58,848 nt of DNA from an uncultured Candidatus Saccharibacteria bacterium. Lineage in GTDB: Bacteria > Patescibacteriota > Saccharimonadia > CAILAD01 > JADZBC01. The notes below the pieces were generated by a model. The model did no database searches and was not told where the DNA came from. It was given only the letters and a program-made list of their open reading frames with translations. This document shows positions 28,479 through 38,725 of this stretch, piece after piece. The stretch is taken from assembly GCA_964436255.1 (NCBI GenBank), contig CAYTBW010000001.1, forward strand, positions 87,163-146,010, given 5' to 3'. Position 1 is the first letter of the stretch, and every line of letters begins with the position of its first letter. The translations under genes were made by a program, and so were the position numbers.

Positions 28479-30140
28479 TTGGTAGCAATGACAACCAAGA
28501 AAGCCCAGGCAAAACAGAAGTTGGTGAATCCTAACGATTCGCTCGACCTGCCGACGCGCAAAAAACGCAGCCTTAGCCGTAAGGTTAGCTATGGCTTAAT
28601 AGTAGCTTTGGGCCTGTTCGTACTCACTACTGTTGCCCTGCGCGCAGCTTACGCAAGTCGCATTTACCCCGGGGTGTGGGGCCACGGCGTATACCTGGGC
28701 GGGCTAACTCCAAGTGAGGCCTCCAAGTTGCTCGACAAAGAAACCCTAGCCTACAGTCAGAACCCCATTCTAATCGAAGCAAACGGCAAGACGGTGTCCG
28801 TCCCCCAGAAGGACATTAGCGTTACCTATAACAACGAAACTCTCAGTAAAGAACTAATGCGCCAAGGCAGGGACGGCAACGTAGCAGAGCAAGTGATAAG
28901 CCAATGGGCTTTGCTAGCCGGGATTGCTAGCCGGGACAACACCAATCTTACTTACGATGATGCCGCGCTCGCCACTACAACCATTGCAATCAACAACGAA
29001 CTTACCACGCCGAGCGTGAACGCTAGCTACCAGGTAGCCGAAGGCCAGGTTGGGTTTACCGCCGGGATTGCTGGTAAGAGGTTGGATTACGGTGCGCTTG
29101 GCCTAGCCCTACATAGCGCGTTAGCAAGACTAGATGAGCAGATTATCCCTGTACAGACTGATAGCGTGGAGCCATCAGTCGACAGTGCAACACTCGAGGC
29201 TAACAAGGCCCTAGCCCAAAGCTATATCAGCTCTCCCCTGCAGCTTGGCTACGAAGGCAAGCTTTGGCAGGTAGAGCCTGCGGCCGCATTCGGCTGGCTG
29301 CATTCCACTACGAGCCCCGAAGCCAAGGTGTACTCCCAGAACCTGCTCGAGGAATACTATGGCGCAGCTACTCCCGCCAAAGAACTAGAGTTTGACGCTG
29401 CACGCATTGATTCGTACTTAACTGAGATTAGTAAAGAAATTGACCAGGCAGCTATAGACGCACAGCTGAACGTGACAGACAGCAGAGCTACCATATTCGT
29501 AGCAAGTCGAGATGGCAAAAAGCTCAACGTAGTAAAAACGCGTGACGCCATACTGGCCTCGCTCAACAAAAGCGACGCCGAACGCACCATTGCAATGAGC
29601 GTAGACACCACTAAGCCAACAGTTAACGAAGAAAGTATTAACAACCTTGGCATCAAGGAACTGTTAAGCGAAGGGGTAAGCTACTTCCCCGGATCATCAG
29701 CCAATCGCCTGACCAACGTTCGAGTAGGTGCAGCGCGGTACAACGGCGTACTCCTAAAGCCTGGCGAGGTGTTCTCTTTCGGTAAGCTCCTGGGCAATGT
29801 TGGGCCCGAGGAAGGCTACACTCCTGGCTGGGTTATATTAGGAGACCGGCAAGAAGAGCAGTACGGCGGCGGCTTGTGCCAAGTGTCGTCCACTGCATTC
29901 CGCGCGGCGCTGCTAGCCGGCCTACCAATCTTAGAACGAGTGAACCATGCCTTTGCAATCAGCTACTACACCGCGCCGTATGGTGTTCCTGGGGTAGACG
30001 CCACAATTTACTACCCTCCTGTGGACTTTAAATTCCGTAACGACACCGATGCGCACATACTTATCCAAACCGAAATGGTTGGCACAACCCTCAAATTTAG
30101 ATTCTACGGCACCAAGAAGAAGGAAGGCGTAATTCGCTGA
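28479..30140 (+). CDS. VanW family protein (membrane anchored)
   Basis: 553 aa. N-terminal TM (VSYGLIVALGLFVLTTVAL). VanW core GGGLCQVSSTAFRAALLAGLPILERVNH. Ends at an in-frame TGA that is followed by 50 more sense codons (see findings). Confidence 0.85.
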   Translation: MVAMTTKKAQAKQKLVNPNDSLDLPTRKKRSLSRKVSYGLIVALGLFVLTTVALRAAYASRIYPGVWGHGVYLGGLTPSEASKLLDKETLAYSQNPILIEANGKTVSVPQKDISVTYNNETLSKELMRQGRDGNVAEQVISQWALLAGIASRDNTNLTYDDAALATTTIAINNELTTPSVNASYQVAEGQVGFTAGIAGKRLDYGALGLALHSALARLDEQIIPVQTDSVEPSVDSATLEANKALAQSYISSPLQLGYEGKLWQVEPAAAFGWLHSTTSPEAKVYSQNLLEEYYGAATPAKELEFDAARIDSYLTEISKEIDQAAIDAQLNVTDSRATIFVASRDGKKLNVVKTRDAILASLNKSDAERTIAMSVDTTKPTVNEESINNLGIKELLSEGVSYFPGSSANRLTNVRVGAARYNGVLLKPGEVFSFGKLLGNVGPEEGYTPGWVILGDRQEEQYGGGLCQVSSTAFRAALLAGLPILERVNHAFAISYYTAPYGVPGVDATIYYPPVDFKFRNDTDAHILIQTEMVGTTLKFRFYGTKKKEGVIR

Positions 30141-30307
30141 CCGTACTTTGTTAGCGGTAGCTCGGATGTAAACCAGCCATCGCATACGGTTTTCTACCGG
30201 GATATTAAAGTAAATGGCCAGGTTACAAAAACCGACACCTTCAACACCTATTACCAATCAGCCCTCAAGTTCCCCAAGCCAGACTCTCAATAGTTAGAGG
30301 CGAATAC

Positions 30308-31678
30308 CTATTTACCGATGCAAAAACGGCTAAACATGTCAGCTATCATTGCATCATTCGTGTCGGCACCGGTAATACGTGTGAGCTGCTTGGCGGCCGA
30401 TTCGAGTTCTACGAGTACAATGTCACGCGGTGCTCCAGAGCCCAAAAGAGTAATTACTTGAGTAATATGCCCTTTGGCGAGAGTTGCGAGTTCTAGCTGT
30501 CGCTTGGTGGTCAAGACGACATCTCCAGGCGTGTCATGAACGTCGGCTAGCCCAATGAGTGCTTTTTGCAAACTCTCCATGCCGTCGCCAGTTTGGGCGG
30601 AAACCTGCACGACTTGGCTCGCCCATTTGGGCTTACGTGGAGCGTCTTGCGCCTCGTCTGACTTAGTAGCTATTAGGATAGTTTGCTTGGCGTTCAAATC
30701 CTCCATAAGCCCGGACTCTTCTAGGTAGTTATGGGTTTCGGCGAGTGCCCTTGGGGCGACCAGCACAAGTACCACATCTGCCGAGTTAACCGTGCGATGC
30801 GTGCGCTCTATGCCGATAGCCTCAACTTCATCAGGGTTGGTGTTTAAGCCCGCTGTATCGGTAAGCCTAAACGGAATGTCGCCGAGGATGATACGCTCCT
30901 CGATAGTATCGCGTGTAGTTCCGGCAATGTCAGTAACAATGGAGCGCTCAAAGCCGAGTAGCTTGTTGAGCAAGGTGGATTTACCGGCATTCGGCAGTCC
31001 TACTAGCGCTACGCTAACGCCGTCGCGCAGTACCGAAATATTCTGGGAGTAATTGATGAGCTCTGTAAGTTCTGCTTCCACTGACTGCACCTTAGCAAGC
31101 AGTGTGTCATGGGTCTGTTCGGATACGTCTTCCTCGCTAAAGTCTAAATGGGCGGCCTCAGAGGCAGCCAAGCCAACAATATCCTCAACGAGGGTTGCCA
31201 TTTTGTGAGACAAGCCCCCTGCCAATTGATCGGCAGCCAATCGAGCCAACTTACTACTCTCTGCCTCGACTAGGTCGGCTACAGCCTCCGCCTGGGTAGC
31301 ATCTAGCTTGCCGTTTAGGAGCGCGCGCTTCGTAAACTCGCCTGGCTCGGCTAAGCGCGCACCGGCAGATAAGCAGGCGTTCAAAACTTCGTCAATAACA
31401 GCTGGCGACCCATGAGTATGAAGTTCTACCATATCCTCCCCCGTATATGAGCGCGGGGTGTGGCTCGTAGTAATTAGTCCACTATCTAACTTGCGCCCAC
31501 TAAGAGTAATCCAGCCGCCGTAGAGCCGATGTGGATCGAGATGCTCAACCGGCTGCTTACCATGCCATAGGGTCTGTACAATACTAAAAGCATCTGGCCC
31601 GCTTAATCGAATGATAGCTATTGCACCACGGCCACGCGGGGTGGAAAGCGCAACGATGGTATCTACAGGGGAGTTCAT
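30308..31678 (-). CDS. mnmE: tRNA modification GTPase MnmE (TrmE)
   Basis: G1 GLPNAGKSTLLN, DTAG, and the C-terminal CIGK tetrapeptide. Confidence 0.95.
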   Translation of the reverse strand: MNSPVDTIVALSTPRGRGAIAIIRLSGPDAFSIVQTLWHGKQPVEHLDPHRLYGGWITLSGRKLDSGLITTSHTPRSYTGEDMVELHTHGSPAVIDEVLNACLSAGARLAEPGEFTKRALLNGKLDATQAEAVADLVEAESSKLARLAADQLAGGLSHKMATLVEDIVGLAASEAAHLDFSEEDVSEQTHDTLLAKVQSVEAELTELINYSQNISVLRDGVSVALVGLPNAGKSTLLNKLLGFERSIVTDIAGTTRDTIEERIILGDIPFRLTDTAGLNTNPDEVEAIGIERTHRTVNSADVVLVLVAPRALAETHNYLEESGLMEDLNAKQTILIATKSDEAQDAPRKPKWASQVVQVSAQTGDGMESLQKALIGLADVHDTPGDVVLTTKRQLELATLAKGHITQVITLLGSGAPRDIVLVELESAAKQLTRITGADTNDAMIADMFSRFCIGK

Positions 31679-31691
31679 CAGACTATGACTC

Positions 31692-32135
31692 CTAAGTTTC
31701 CCGTGTTTGCACCACGATAACTCGGTGCGGCTCTACTCCCTCGCTGGTTGTTACAATGTCTGGCATCTCTGCGAGTACCATGTGAACTTGGCGGCGTTCG
31801 TAAGCATTCATGGGCTTAAGGTGAACCTTGGCTTGTGTAAGACGGGCTCTATCGGCTGCCTCTTGCGCTATCTTTTCTAGCTTAGCCTCGCGTTCTTTGC
31901 GATACCCTGCTACGTCGAGTGTGGCGAATTCGCCGCCAGCTTTACGCTGCATGGCATTAAACACTTGTTGCAGGGAACGAAGAGTCTCCCCTCCTCGACC
32001 AATCAACAGTGCGTGGTGAGGAGAATCAATGCTAAGAACGAGATTGCCTTCGGTTTCTTCGGCTTGCACGCTCGCATCGAACCCAAGCTTGCGCAGAAGC
32101 TCCTCGAGTCGAGCTTGCGTGTCCGCTCTATCCAT
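31692..32135 (-). CDS. jag: Jag/KhpB-type KH-R3H RNA-binding protein
   Basis: 147 aa. KH-like LIGRGGETLRSLQ and R3H-like YERRQVHMVL. Conserved position between yidC and mnmE. Confidence 0.85.
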   Translation of the reverse strand: MDRADTQARLEELLRKLGFDASVQAEETEGNLVLSIDSPHHALLIGRGGETLRSLQQVFNAMQRKAGGEFATLDVAGYRKEREAKLEKIAQEAADRARLTQAKVHLKPMNAYERRQVHMVLAEMPDIVTTSEGVEPHRVIVVQTRET

Positions 32136-32960
32136 TTACTTCTTCCTTTTCTTCTTTGTGGCAGGCTTTTTGGTCTGGTTTTTGCGGGCCTTTGGTAGAG
32201 CCTTCTTAGGCGCTTCTTCGACGATCACGGCTTCTTCCATCTTTTCCGTTTCTTCACGCATAATCAGCCACTGCTGGAAAATCGCTACACCGTTACCAGT
32301 AATCCAGTATAAGGGTAGCGCCGCAGGTAACGTCCAGGCAATGAAGGCTGTCATGGCTGGGAAGATGTAATTCATGGTTGAGGTCATCTTGGCCTGCTGG
32401 TCGTTTGGATCAACGTTCTTTGGAGCAATCATTTTTACCTGGATGTACTGGGTAATACCAGCAATTACGGCAAGGACCTTACTGGCCGTGTCCATCGGGA
32501 TGACGCGTAGAAGCATTGGGTCGTATTTGACCGCACCGCTAATGAGCTGCTCAATATAAGGAATATTCTTTACTGGCTCATAGAGGAGGCTGCTAATCTG
32601 GTCGAATGGCAAAGCGGCTTTTTTAAGCACAAAGAACAGAGCGATCAGGAATGGGAATTGCAAAAGGAGCGGTAGACATGAGGAGAACGGATTAATCTCC
32701 TTTTCCTTATAGAGCTCCATAAGGAGTTGGTTTTCCTTAGCCTTATCCCCTGCCGCCTGCTGTTTGAGTTTAACAATCTCTGGCTGAAGAGCTTGCATCT
32801 TCTTTTGCGATCTAAGCTGCTTGGCCGTAAGCGGCCACATGGCAAAGCGAATAATCAGCGTCATAATAATAACGGCGATACCGAAGTCGTGACCTGGCAA
32901 GATGCCGAAGATGGCCATGAGTAGGTTCAGGAGCGGATTTACGATCAGTGTATCAAACAT
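32136..32960 (-). CDS. yidC: Membrane protein insertase YidC (short monoderm form)
   Basis: 274 aa, 5 TM core, PLTAKQLRSQKKMQALQPE motif, Lys-rich C-tail. Confidence 0.92.
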   Translation of the reverse strand: MFDTLIVNPLLNLLMAIFGILPGHDFGIAVIIMTLIIRFAMWPLTAKQLRSQKKMQALQPEIVKLKQQAAGDKAKENQLLMELYKEKEINPFSSCLPLLLQFPFLIALFFVLKKAALPFDQISSLLYEPVKNIPYIEQLISGAVKYDPMLLRVIPMDTASKVLAVIAGITQYIQVKMIAPKNVDPNDQQAKMTSTMNYIFPAMTAFIAWTLPAALPLYWITGNGVAIFQQWLIMREETEKMEEAVIVEEAPKKALPKARKNQTKKPATKKKRKK

Positions 32961-32969
32961 GTGTTAGGA

Positions 32970-33254
32970 TTATGCCTTTCTCTTTGAGTGCTTGGGTTTC
33001 TTTTTATAACTTTCGTCTACCCGGGGTGTACTCAATGGATTACATTTTACTATTCTTACCAGGCTAAGACCAGACCCCACCAGGAGTCCTCGCTCTTCTA
33101 TAGCCCGGTAGCCGTATTCGCTGCAGGTTGGATAGAACCGGCAATAGCCGTTCGGATGGCGGTGCTTAAACCAACCATGGTCTGGCGACAACGTACGTTG
33201 GTATAGTCGAATCGACTTGAGGGCTACTCTTTTTACTGGGTTGTGCTTTGCCAT
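32970..33254 (-). CDS. yidD: Membrane protein insertion efficiency factor YidD
   Basis: YQRTLSP...CRFYPTCSEYGYRAIE...RIVKCNP motifs. Confidence 0.9.
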   Translation of the reverse strand: MAKHNPVKRVALKSIRLYQRTLSPDHGWFKHRHPNGYCRFYPTCSEYGYRAIEERGLLVGSGLSLVRIVKCNPLSTPRVDESYKKKPKHSKRKA

Positions 33255-33586
33255 AAGTTTGCCTTCCTAAGTAAATCTAGCACCGTTTGCTCTACTTGAG
33301 CCGCTGGGAGCGCCGAGATGTCTTGTTTGACGGTAATAATAAAATTGTGGCCTGGAGCTACGTGCTGCCAGTTCTTGCGCACCACTTCTATAACCCGCCT
33401 CTTGCAACGATTACGCACTACCGCTCGTTTGGAAACCTTTTTGGAAACCACAACAGCCACTCGAGAATTCTCAAAGTGGCTTTGGTGGTGTTTAACATAC
33501 ATCGTATCCGCATTAACGCTGCGGCCACGTTGATATGTTTTATTGAAGTCGGCCGCCGTCCGCAGGCGATAGACCCGCGCGATCAT
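33233..33586 (-). CDS. rnpA: Ribonuclease P protein component
   Basis: 117-aa basic protein with the VVSKKVSKRAVVRNRCKRR block, directly downstream of rpmH. Confidence 0.9.
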   Translation of the reverse strand: MIARVYRLRTAADFNKTYQRGRSVNADTMYVKHHQSHFENSRVAVVVSKKVSKRAVVRNRCKRRVIEVVRKNWQHVAPGHNFIITVKQDISALPAAQVEQTVLDLLRKANLWQSTTQ

Positions 33587-33588
33587 AA

Positions 33589-33723
33589 CTAAATAGCTAC
33601 CCGCTTACGACCTTTGAGGCGGCGGCGCTTGAGTACTGATCGACCAACGCGTGTGGCCATGCGTGACATAAAGCCGTGGACGCGTTGTCGTCTTCGTTTT
33701 TTTGGTTGGTGCGTTCGTTTCAT
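33589..33723 (-). CDS. rpmH: 50S ribosomal protein L34
   Basis: Not in the ORF track (44 aa). Hand translation gives [44 protein letters not shown], then TAG. Confidence 0.93.
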   Translation of the reverse strand: MKRTHQPKKRRRQRVHGFMSRMATRVGRSVLKRRRLKGRKRVAI

Positions 33724-33777
33724 AATCCTACGTATTCTACGCTAAAAATGCCTCGGCGTCAATCGTCTCAGCCTCAC

Positions 33778-33838
33778 TTATCCACCGTTTCGTCAGATAT
33801 AGTGGATAACTTTTGGCACTTCTGCTAGTTGTGGAAAA
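33778..33838. promoter_or_regulatory. DnaA-box cluster upstream of dnaA
   Basis: TTATCCACC (33778-33786), AGTGGATAA = TTATCCACT on the other strand (33801-33809), and TGTGGAAAA = TTTTCCACA on the other strand (33830-33838). Confidence 0.6.
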
Positions 33839-33884
33839 CTTTGGGGAATAGTATGATTGGAAGCAAGAGAAAGAGGGTGAGGCA

Positions 33885-35276
<1,392 letters not shown>

Positions 35277-35580
35277 TTATACACAGTTATGTTGTAAATA
35301 TGTGTATAACTAGTGGATAAAGTGTGTAAAGCCTGTTTATGAGCTGTTCATATCTACTCCGCTTTTGCACAAGTTCTTCACAGCCTGATTAGTTCAACGA
35401 GTGTGGTTGTGTTTAACTACCGCTATACGCAGTCTGTACACATTAGTTATACAGTGCTTGCGCACAACTTAACGCAGTCACTTTACACTTAAGCTAAAGC
35501 TAATTCATAAGCTTATGCGCATTGTCCCCAGGCCTTACTACTATTACTACTTTCTTTTTAAATCTATAATTACTAATACA
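35277..35580. other. Probable oriC (DnaA boxes plus AT-rich unwinding region) in the dnaA-dnaN spacer
   Basis: TTATACACA (35277-35285), TGTGTATAA (35301-35309) and AGTGGATAA (35312-35320), plus weaker boxes. An AT-rich tract lies at 35535-35580, just upstream of dnaN. Confidence 0.65.
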
Positions 35581-35594
35581 TAGAGAGGTGAAAA

Positions 35595-36692
35595 ATGAAA
35601 CTATCAGTCGTTCAGGAGAATCTAAATAAAGCACTAGGGAGTGTAGGAAGAATTGTTGGTGCGCGTAATAGTCTACCTGTACTTGCCAACGTGCTCCTTA
35701 AAACAGAAGCCTCACGATTGATCGTAAGTGCAACAAACCTAGAAGTAGCAATCAGCTGCAGTATAGGCTGCAAGGTGGAAAAAGAAGGTGCTACGAGTGT
35801 ACCCGCTCGCCTCTTGGCGGAGCTCGTGTCTGGTCTACCAAGTGATAAACTCCAACTCATAGCTACTGGAGACAACTTAAAGATCAAAACCACCAACTTC
35901 GAATCTAGCCTAAATGGTATAGCAGCAAGCGAGTTCCCTACTACGCCAAAGGTAAAGGCCGAGGTTGAACTAGATATACCAGCAGACGTATTGGTAAAGC
36001 GATTGGCTGAAGTAGTTGTAGCAGCCGCGGTAGATGAGTCTAGGCCGGTATTGGCTGGAGTACTCTTTAACGTTGAAGGGAGTAAGCTTACCCTGGCTGC
36101 GACTGACAGTTATCGCTTAGCAGAGACCTCCATAGGAGTTAAGGCCGACAAGGACATTAGCGTTATAGTTCCAGCCAAGACAATCAATGAGCTCAACAGG
36201 ATTGCAAACGATACAAATGATGAGGTCCATATCGCCATTGGCCAGAATGAAATTCTATTCGAGATTGGTGATGTAAGTATGGTCTCCCGCTTGATCGATG
36301 GAAAGTTCCCTAACTATACACAGATACTTCCTACCAAGGCGGCAACTTCTATTACCTTGAACAAATCGGAGCTTGCTAGCACTGTGAAAGTAGCGAGCTT
36401 GTTTGCTCGCGAGAGCGCCCATACAATCAAGCTGGACTTTACGAAGGCTGGATTGCAATTCTCTGCTAGGGCCTCAGAGGTGGGAGAAAATAATTCACTC
36501 ATAGAGGGTGAACTTAAAGGCGCTGAAGCCGACATATCTGTGAATGCTCGATACCTTTTAGACGCCCTTGCGGTTATCCCTACTCCGCAAGTTGAGATTG
36601 CTATGAACGACAAGCTTGATCCCTGCGCGATTCGCCCAAGCGGTAGTAAAGACGACTCCTATATTCATATAATCATGCCTCTAAGAAGCTAA
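35595..36692 (+). CDS. dnaN: DNA polymerase III beta sliding clamp
   Basis: 365 aa, GAGAGGTG SD, canonical position. The N-terminus MKLSVVQENLNKAL and the three-domain length fit. Confidence 0.95.
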   Translation: MKLSVVQENLNKALGSVGRIVGARNSLPVLANVLLKTEASRLIVSATNLEVAISCSIGCKVEKEGATSVPARLLAELVSGLPSDKLQLIATGDNLKIKTTNFESSLNGIAASEFPTTPKVKAEVELDIPADVLVKRLAEVVVAAAVDESRPVLAGVLFNVEGSKLTLAATDSYRLAETSIGVKADKDISVIVPAKTINELNRIANDTNDEVHIAIGQNEILFEIGDVSMVSRLIDGKFPNYTQILPTKAATSITLNKSELASTVKVASLFARESAHTIKLDFTKAGLQFSARASEVGENNSLIEGELKGAEADISVNARYLLDALAVIPTPQVEIAMNDKLDPCAIRPSGSKDDSYIHIIMPLRS

Positions 36693-36695
36693 TGT

Positions 36696-37757
36696 ATGAT
36701 TCGTTCACTATCGCTTACTAACTTTCGATCGTACAAGGCGATTGAATTAGTATTCGAAGATAACCTGACCGTAATCAGTGGTCCAAATGCGGTCGGGAAA
36801 ACCAACCTGCTTGAATCAATATTCGTGGCTTCTACCTCTAAGTCTTTTCGGGCTCGAGATTTAGACCTGGTTAATACTGGCGAGAACTTCTTTCGCGTCG
36901 TGGCGGAATTCGATGAGGATGCGGTTGAATTGTCGCTGCTAAGTGAAGGAGAATCTCACAGTAAGCGCCTTAAGTTGAATAATAAAAAGCAAAGCCTACA
37001 TACTTTATTAGGGCGTAACCCAGTGACATTGTTTGAGCCGCACGACATGCTGCTGTTTGATGGCTCTCCAGAGCGACGTAGACGCTATATGGACACGGTA
37101 TTGTGCCAAGTCTCCCCTATTTACGTCGAGGCACTTGCGACGTACAGACGGGCTCTGAAACAGCGCAATAGTTTACTGCATGCGGCGAAGGTTCGTGGTG
37201 GATTCGCGAGTGATGACGAGCTATTCGTATGGGATGTTCAATTATGCGAACCGGGCAAGAAGCTTCACGACTTAAGGAGGGACTTTGTGTCAGAACTTTC
37301 GCCACTTGTAAAAGAAGTGTATGAGACGATAGCGGGTTCGGATACGGAACTTGAGCTTCAATATTGTCCAAACACAGATATGGATAAACAGGACTTTCTG
37401 TCCGCGCTGTACGCGTCTCGTGTTAAGGACCGTGGTGCTGGCTTTACCACCTGTGGCCCACATCGCGACGATATGGCGTTATTATTCAAGGACGGAGATA
37501 TAACTACTTCGGCGTCCCGTGGTGAAACCAGAACAGCAATCTTGGCATTAAAAATTGCGGAAATGAGGTTTATAAAAGACAAGCTGGGCAAAAAGCCGAT
37601 TCTGCTACTAGATGACGTCTTTAGTGAGCTCGATGCCAGCCGCCGTAAACACCTAATGGAGTTAATCTCTACCCAGCAGACCTTACTAACAACAACCGAG
37701 GTTGATAAAAACATACCGAAGCACAGCTACGTAATTGATTTAAGCGGGGTTACCTAG
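36696..37757 (+). CDS. recF: DNA replication and repair protein RecF
   Basis: Walker A GPNAVGKTNLLE and Walker B LLLDDVFSELD. Confidence 0.93.
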   Translation: MIRSLSLTNFRSYKAIELVFEDNLTVISGPNAVGKTNLLESIFVASTSKSFRARDLDLVNTGENFFRVVAEFDEDAVELSLLSEGESHSKRLKLNNKKQSLHTLLGRNPVTLFEPHDMLLFDGSPERRRRYMDTVLCQVSPIYVEALATYRRALKQRNSLLHAAKVRGGFASDDELFVWDVQLCEPGKKLHDLRRDFVSELSPLVKEVYETIAGSDTELELQYCPNTDMDKQDFLSALYASRVKDRGAGFTTCGPHRDDMALLFKDGDITTSASRGETRTAILALKIAEMRFIKDKLGKKPILLLDDVFSELDASRRKHLMELISTQQTLLTTTEVDKNIPKHSYVIDLSGVT

Positions 37758-38033
37758 ATGGGACTCGAAAACATCAGGGACTTGCTCGCTAAGCGGGTTG
37801 ACCAGCTAGATAGTGGGACTCACGATGTTATGACAGAGGCTAAGCTCGTGATAATGGAGCACATCAAAGTAGAGGTTCGGGTACTGAGCTACCAGAACGG
37901 TGCCTTACGGGTTTCAACCGAAGATTCTTCGGCCGCCAGCGAGATTCGATTGCAGGCCACTATCCTTCTCGCAGCAATCAACGAAAAGATAAAGCCGGAA
38001 GCAGTTAAGTTTCTCCGCGTTACAGTTCGCTAG
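37758..38033 (+). CDS. DUF721 (DciA-like) protein
   Basis: 91 aa immediately after recF, with a GALRVSTEDSSAASEIRL pattern like DUF721. Confidence 0.6.
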   Translation: MGLENIRDLLAKRVDQLDSGTHDVMTEAKLVIMEHIKVEVRVLSYQNGALRVSTEDSSAASEIRLQATILLAAINEKIKPEAVKFLRVTVR

Positions 38034-38725
38034 TACTTAGCGGCCTCAGCTGGTGCGTACTCTACCATATATCCATCGAGATCTATGCCTTTCGAATCGA
38101 GATACTCAAGAGCAGCTTTTTTGTAAGACTTCAAGAAAGCAGGATTGAGCGCTTGATCGTTTGTTAATAGTAGTGCAATGGTAATTTTTTCCGTCTTGCC
38201 TTCTGGCGTCGGCTCATCGAGCAATTGGTAGTTTATGTAGTATTGTGAAGTCGTTACGGGTAGGAACTTAATTGCTGGGTCGCTACCTTTCACCTTCACA
38301 TCTTCTGTAGTCGCTCCCGGGTCATAATTATAGGAGAACTCATATTTATACTCGTCGATCGAAGATCCATCTGTGGCGACAATGTTTACTAATTTAAAAC
38401 TATAGTTACTCCCCGAATTCATATTATTCAGCTGAAGGTACAGGTCCTTCCCCTCGACTTTACTCCCTGCAACTATACTACTCGCGACCTTAAGCTGAGT
38501 TGCCCTATCAAACCCAGCAAGCTCTTTGTTGAAAGAAATTACTACTGTGCGGGTAAGCGTAGTGATCGTCGACCCGCTCTCTGGGCTAGCTGAGGTTACT
38601 CTAAACACAGATGAAGAAAGCGCAGCCACACTGATTATGAATAAACCTAGGACAATAATAAGCGGCAGGATATAGCGCTTATATTGCTGGTAGATTTTTC
38701 CTCCCATAATTATTACTTCGCCCAT
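38030..38725 (-). CDS. Membrane-anchored Ig-like (Big_5/SbsA-like) protein, last gene of the T4SS-like operon
   Basis: N-terminal TM (ILPLIIVLGLFIISVAAL), then P.SGS.I....R.VVISFNKEL ... YSFKLVNIVATDGSSI, resembling bacterial Ig-like domains. The start is 38725 or 38707. Confidence 0.5.
   Translation of the reverse strand: MGEVIIMGGKIYQQYKRYILPLIIVLGLFIISVAALSSSVFRVTSASPESGSTITTLTRTVVISFNKELAGFDRATQLKVASSIVAGSKVEGKDLYLQLNNMNSGSNYSFKLVNIVATDGSSIDEYKYEFSYNYDPGATTEDVKVKGSDPAIKFLPVTTSQYYINYQLLDEPTPEGKTEKITIALLLTNDQALNPAFLKSYKKAALEYLDSKGIDLDGYMVEYAPAEAAKY

Noticed and set aside
28280-28561. 93-aa minus-strand ORF, and other short ORFs (2623-2946, 2691-2879), overlapping the mosaic repeats or GT gene.
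   Set aside because: They lie in repeat or antisense sequence, lack start signals, and are not conserved between the repeat copies in frame.
30138-30140. Whole-genome UGA reassignment (code 25, UGA=Gly as in Gracilibacteria/Absconditabacteria) as an explanation for the VanW in-frame TGA.
   Set aside because: TGA acts as a normal stop at 10820, 16813, 19527, 21463 and 40532, several in ATGA/GTGA coupling overlaps. Standard-code translation gives long uninterrupted ORFs throughout. At most, a local event is possible.
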